A stretch of 64,000 bases of DNA from an uncultured Lentisphaeria bacterium (GTDB lineage Bacteria > Fidelibacterota > UBA8477 > JABMPR01). Both the position numbers and the translations under genes were made by a program. The stretch spans positions 8,858 through 72,857 of the forward strand of contig CAYVVT010000014.1 of the NCBI GenBank assembly GCA_964454335.1. Direction: 5' to 3'. Under the pieces are notes generated by a model that was not told where the DNA came from, did no database searches, and saw nothing but the letters and a program-made list of their open reading frames with translations. Positions 61,078-64,000 of this stretch are shown piece by piece. Each line of letters begins with the position of its first letter. Position 1 is the first letter of the stretch.

Positions 61078-62391
61078 ATGCTGTATACTCAACTTCGGAA
61101 TCAGCTGTTTTTGGGAATACAAATTCTATTCACGCTATGTTTTGCTATAAGTTGTGAATCATCGACAGATGGAGCAACCCACGACACTGATAGCACTGCT
61201 GGATCGACCTACTACATTGATGGCGCTGCAGGTTCTGATGATAATACCGGTTTGGTTGCAAGCAGTCCTTGGCAGACGCTTGCCCAGGTTTCGGGCACGA
61301 CCTTCCAGCCTGGCGATTCTATCTTGTTCAAGCGCGGTTCCAGCTATTCCGGATGCGTCACCTTTAACGGAGACGGAACTGCTGAAAATCCAATTACGAT
61401 ATCTGCTTACGGTACAGGGGATGCCCCCAGTTTCACAAATCCAGATGTCGATGACAGTAAGGGCAACGCAATGCGTATCAGGGGCGATTATCAGATTGTA
61501 GAAAATCTATATTTTCATCATACTGCCCCTGCCAAGGATAGAGTCGGTTTTGTGGAAGTTTGGGCTGTTGGAGCCCTCCACATCAGTCTCGGCAACGATC
61601 ATGTCATTATCAGAAACAATGAATTCGCCTATAATGCAAAGGCCATTCACTCCTACAGTGAGTACAGTCTCATAACCGAGAACAACATTCACGATGCTAA
61701 TCCCGACCAATCCGGCGGGTTTTTATCTGCACCTTATTGGGGACCAATAGGCATTCATATCGGCATAGGCAATCAGGAGATCTCCTACAATACAATCTCG
61801 AATATGTATGTGGACGGTGGAGAATGGGGCGGTGATGGTGGCGCCATCGAGTTGGATGACGGACGTAATCATAAGGATAATATCCATGTTCATCACAACA
61901 CGACCTTCCATAATATGGGTTTCATGGAAATCAGCTGGTGGGATGATATTGCCAAGGTTCCCACAGAAAATATTAATATCCACCACAACGTATGTCGTGA
62001 TTATCAAGGTTTTGTACTCTGGTGGGCACCGACTCAAAATAGTGCTATAGCAAACAATACCATTATTCGTACTGACAATGAATTCTCTGGTCCTTTTGAT
62101 GGTGTATTCTTTTTTGATGCACAGCCTGCAATCGTCACCATCACCAAAAACATTATTGTGTCAGATAACGATCTGACCAAAATGGTTTACGTTGAGGATT
62201 TCGATGGTGGTGTGAACGATCTAATCCATGAGAATAATTGTTATTGGGATATCGAGGACGGCGAGGTCGACCTTCATCTGGAATTGGGTCCCGGTGAGAT
62301 CATCGCGGATCCACTGTTCGTAGATTTCGAAGGGGGGGATTATCATCTGCTACCCAACAGTCCTGCCGCCGGCTGGGGGGCGATGGAGTGA
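61078..62391 (+). CDS. Right-handed parallel beta-helix repeat lipoprotein (pectate-lyase fold)
   Basis: Lipobox: FAISCE. The N-terminus (YYIDGAAGSDDNTGLVASSPWQTLAQVSGTTFQPGDSILFKRGSSYSG) is typical of beta-helix proteins. Repeated I-x-N-N/H-x-N coils are seen (IIRNNEF, ITENNIH, ISYNTIS, VHHNTTF, IHHNVCR, IANNTII). Confidence 0.7.
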   Translation: MLYTQLRNQLFLGIQILFTLCFAISCESSTDGATHDTDSTAGSTYYIDGAAGSDDNTGLVASSPWQTLAQVSGTTFQPGDSILFKRGSSYSGCVTFNGDGTAENPITISAYGTGDAPSFTNPDVDDSKGNAMRIRGDYQIVENLYFHHTAPAKDRVGFVEVWAVGALHISLGNDHVIIRNNEFAYNAKAIHSYSEYSLITENNIHDANPDQSGGFLSAPYWGPIGIHIGIGNQEISYNTISNMYVDGGEWGGDGGAIELDDGRNHKDNIHVHHNTTFHNMGFMEISWWDDIAKVPTENINIHHNVCRDYQGFVLWWAPTQNSAIANNTIIRTDNEFSGPFDGVFFFDAQPAIVTITKNIIVSDNDLTKMVYVEDFDGGVNDLIHENNCYWDIEDGEVDLHLELGPGEIIADPLFVDFEGGDYHLLPNSPAAGWGAME

Positions 62392-62696
62392 CTATGTCCA
62401 CGTCGAAGAGCAGCCCTTCAAGTGCCAGGGCAATGGGACATGGCGCGATAATTATGATCTAGATTGCTAAATCATCAATTTGATGGACACACAAAGTGTT
62501 AGGTAGGATCAGCAGTTGGACTTGCCATCGGGTGCAACAACAATATTGAATAAAACTGCTCAGATAATGCATAATTGGTTTTCTTCACGATAGCATGGAG
62601 TAGGGGCCAGCTAATTTGGGAGTGTCAGCAATCATGGTACATAATTCATGATTGGCCATTAATGATATACCATTGCATCTAAGTTTGATTGCATGT

Positions 62697-64000
62697 TCAG
62701 AAATCACAGTTGATGATATAGACAAGTTCCCCATAGATATCTTTATCCCAAATATCTCCCTGGACCTCACCTATGAATCTTATGTTTTCTCCATCGTAGA
62801 TACCCTTAAGTTGCTTTCCCGGGTATTCGACCAGTATTTGTTCTCCCTGCTGAACATACTCGGCATAAGCTTTTTCCTCGAGGCTGCCACCTGAAACTGC
62901 TGCCTTGTATTCCTCACCAAATTCCCAGGTGTACTCCGTTCCCTTATACACGGTCGTTAAGATTTTTCCACCAATTGAGGGCACATCACCCTGATAAAGT
63001 TCGATTCGGCCGCCATTTTCAAGGATTGCACGCTTGGCAATAGCCGCTATCCGCTCTTCAATTTCATTCAGAGGAGTAACTATTTGTACATCATCTCGAG
63101 TAAAGCAAACGTATTGATTGTTAAACTCCTCAACCAATTCCTCAGGAAGGCATTCTGTCCCTTGCAGCACACCTATTAGCCCGGCACATGTGGCGGCCTG
63201 GTTGTCGCAGTCATACCCCGCACTCACAGCTATACCAACCGTCTTCTCAAAATCTCCTCCTCCATAAAGGATTGCCATGATACCACATAATCCATTGTTG
63301 AGCGAGGACACCACGCTCACCGGGGCTTCATATGATCCTTTTCTGTACCGATAGTATTTATCATGGATCATTTTGCGGGTGTCACGCCAATCGCTGTTCT
63401 GCTTGTGCCATTTCACTACATCCCGCATACCTTCTGCAAATGGACCTTTATTGGGAACGGCTTTTATGGCCATCTGCACGAGTTTTTCGACGTCCTTTTC
63501 GAAAAATGCTGCGCTGATCATCACGCCATACGCAATAGTCGGGTGGGTGCCCCAGTCGTCATTGGTAATTCTTGCCCCCCACAACGCACGTTCACCTGCC
63601 ATTTCTGTCATACCTGGATAGAATGCGCTCCAGATCTCGTTTACCAACTGGGGATCGATCTGGAACCAGTTACTATTGTTTTCTTTGCGTCCGGTCTCAG
63701 GGGCAACGAGACCTTTATCCATGAGTGAACGAGCTGTGCGGTTCGCCACCCATATTCTCCGGTTAATATGCCTCTTCCACATCTCAGTGATCTCTGGATA
63801 TGTCAGATCGAGCCCGTATTTTTCCACGGCCTGTAGCGTAACAAATTCAATATCGGTATCATCGTCAGCAAAAGCACCTTCAACGGCATCCATGAATATC
63901 GGAATGTAGCCTCTCCAGTCTTCGCGGTTGATATCGAGGGATGGGTTGTCAGCATGAGTATATACCCTATCTACAAGAAAGGGTATGGGCTCGTCGATAT
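62697..64000 (-). CDS. ADP-ribosylglycohydrolase family protein (type B paralog); 5' end lies outside the window
   Basis: The frame stays open upstream of Met 63893 to the window edge (...IDEPIPFLVDRVYTHADNPSLDINREDWRGYIPIFMDAVEGAFADDDTDIEF). It is collinear with 43968-45992. The ARH motifs are ADDDTDIE and SAGYDCDNQAATCAGLIG. Confidence 0.75.
   Translation of the reverse strand, partial: IDEPIPFLVDRVYTHADNPSLDINREDWRGYIPIFMDAVEGAFADDDTDIEFVTLQAVEKYGLDLTYPEITEMWKRHINRRIWVANRTARSLMDKGLVAPETGRKENNSNWFQIDPQLVNEIWSAFYPGMTEMAGERALWGARITNDDWGTHPTIAYGVMISAAFFEKDVEKLVQMAIKAVPNKGPFAEGMRDVVKWHKQNSDWRDTRKMIHDKYYRYRKGSYEAPVSVVSSLNNGLCGIMAILYGGGDFEKTVGIAVSAGYDCDNQAATCAGLIGVLQGTECLPEELVEEFNNQYVCFTRDDVQIVTPLNEIEERIAAIAKRAILENGGRIELYQGDVPSIGGKILTTVYKGTEYTWEFGEEYKAAVSGGSLEEKAYAEYVQQGEQILVEYPGKQLKGIYDGENIRFIGEVQGDIWDKDIYGELVYIINCDF

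Noticed and set aside
1-64000. A search for CRISPR arrays, tRNA/rRNA/tmRNA genes, IS elements, integrases, toxin-antitoxin pairs, and restriction-modification or other known defence genes.
   Set aside because: I saw no regularly spaced direct repeats, no tRNA-like T-loop contexts in intergenic regions, and no transposase, integrase, RT, Cas or nuclease signatures in any ORF. Absence is judged by eye only. tRNAscan-SE, Infernal, minced and DefenseFinder runs would be decisive.

Overview
This 64-kb window is a bacterial chromosomal fragment that is almost fully coding. I saw no rRNA, tRNA, CRISPR array, transposase, integrase or phage genes. The gene content includes T9SS-type C-terminal sorting domains, many lipobox lipoproteins, a TonB-dependent receptor locus without SusD, sigma-54/NtrC regulation and many Fe-S proteins. 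This suggests an uncultivated anaerobic or microaerophilic member of the FCB-type lineages, but that is inference only.

Left half (1-31 kb):
(i) A long, translationally coupled minus-strand operon (about 983-18939). It combines a cytoplasmic NuoE/NuoF-like plus GltD-like flavoprotein module, a NapG/NapH (MauM/MauN, NosG/NosH)-like polyferredoxin pair, a small Cys-rich membrane protein, four PQQ/BamB-like beta-propellers, an NHL propeller, a GT4 glycosyltransferase and a MacB/FtsX-type ABC transporter. A good sigma-54 promoter match lies upstream.
(ii) A DUF134 / zinc-ribbon / NifX-like trio.
(iii) A plus-strand cluster that I consider the best candidate for an undescribed system. It has a Tat-exported NrfC/HybA-like Fe-S protein and an NrfD-like membrane subunit flanked by three glycine-cleavage-H-fold proteins, two of them membrane-anchored. 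There is no catalytic subunit. A sigma-54-like promoter precedes it, and a sensor kinase with periplasmic CXXCH motifs and an NtrC-type sigma-54 activator follow it.
(iv) An archaemetzincin-like protease and three stand-alone receiver-domain paralogs.

Right half (32-64 kb) is a carbohydrate-utilisation island. It contains an S41 peptidase, RluA, an AlaDH/PNT-like dehydrogenase, a Leloir cluster (SSS symporter, galT, galK) with a truncated galM remnant, and a nucleoside-hydrolase-like lipoprotein. It also has four secreted or lipoprotein ADP-ribosylglycohydrolase-family paralogs, ribokinase, a GRP-type sugar permease and a PorV-like barrel. The rest is a TonB-dependent receptor, T9SS-cargo proteins, a LacI regulator, a GH32 enzyme with a LamG domain, and a beta-helix lipoprotein.

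All functional calls come from motif recognition by eye. No database search was possible, and start codons are inferred from overlaps and RBS context.
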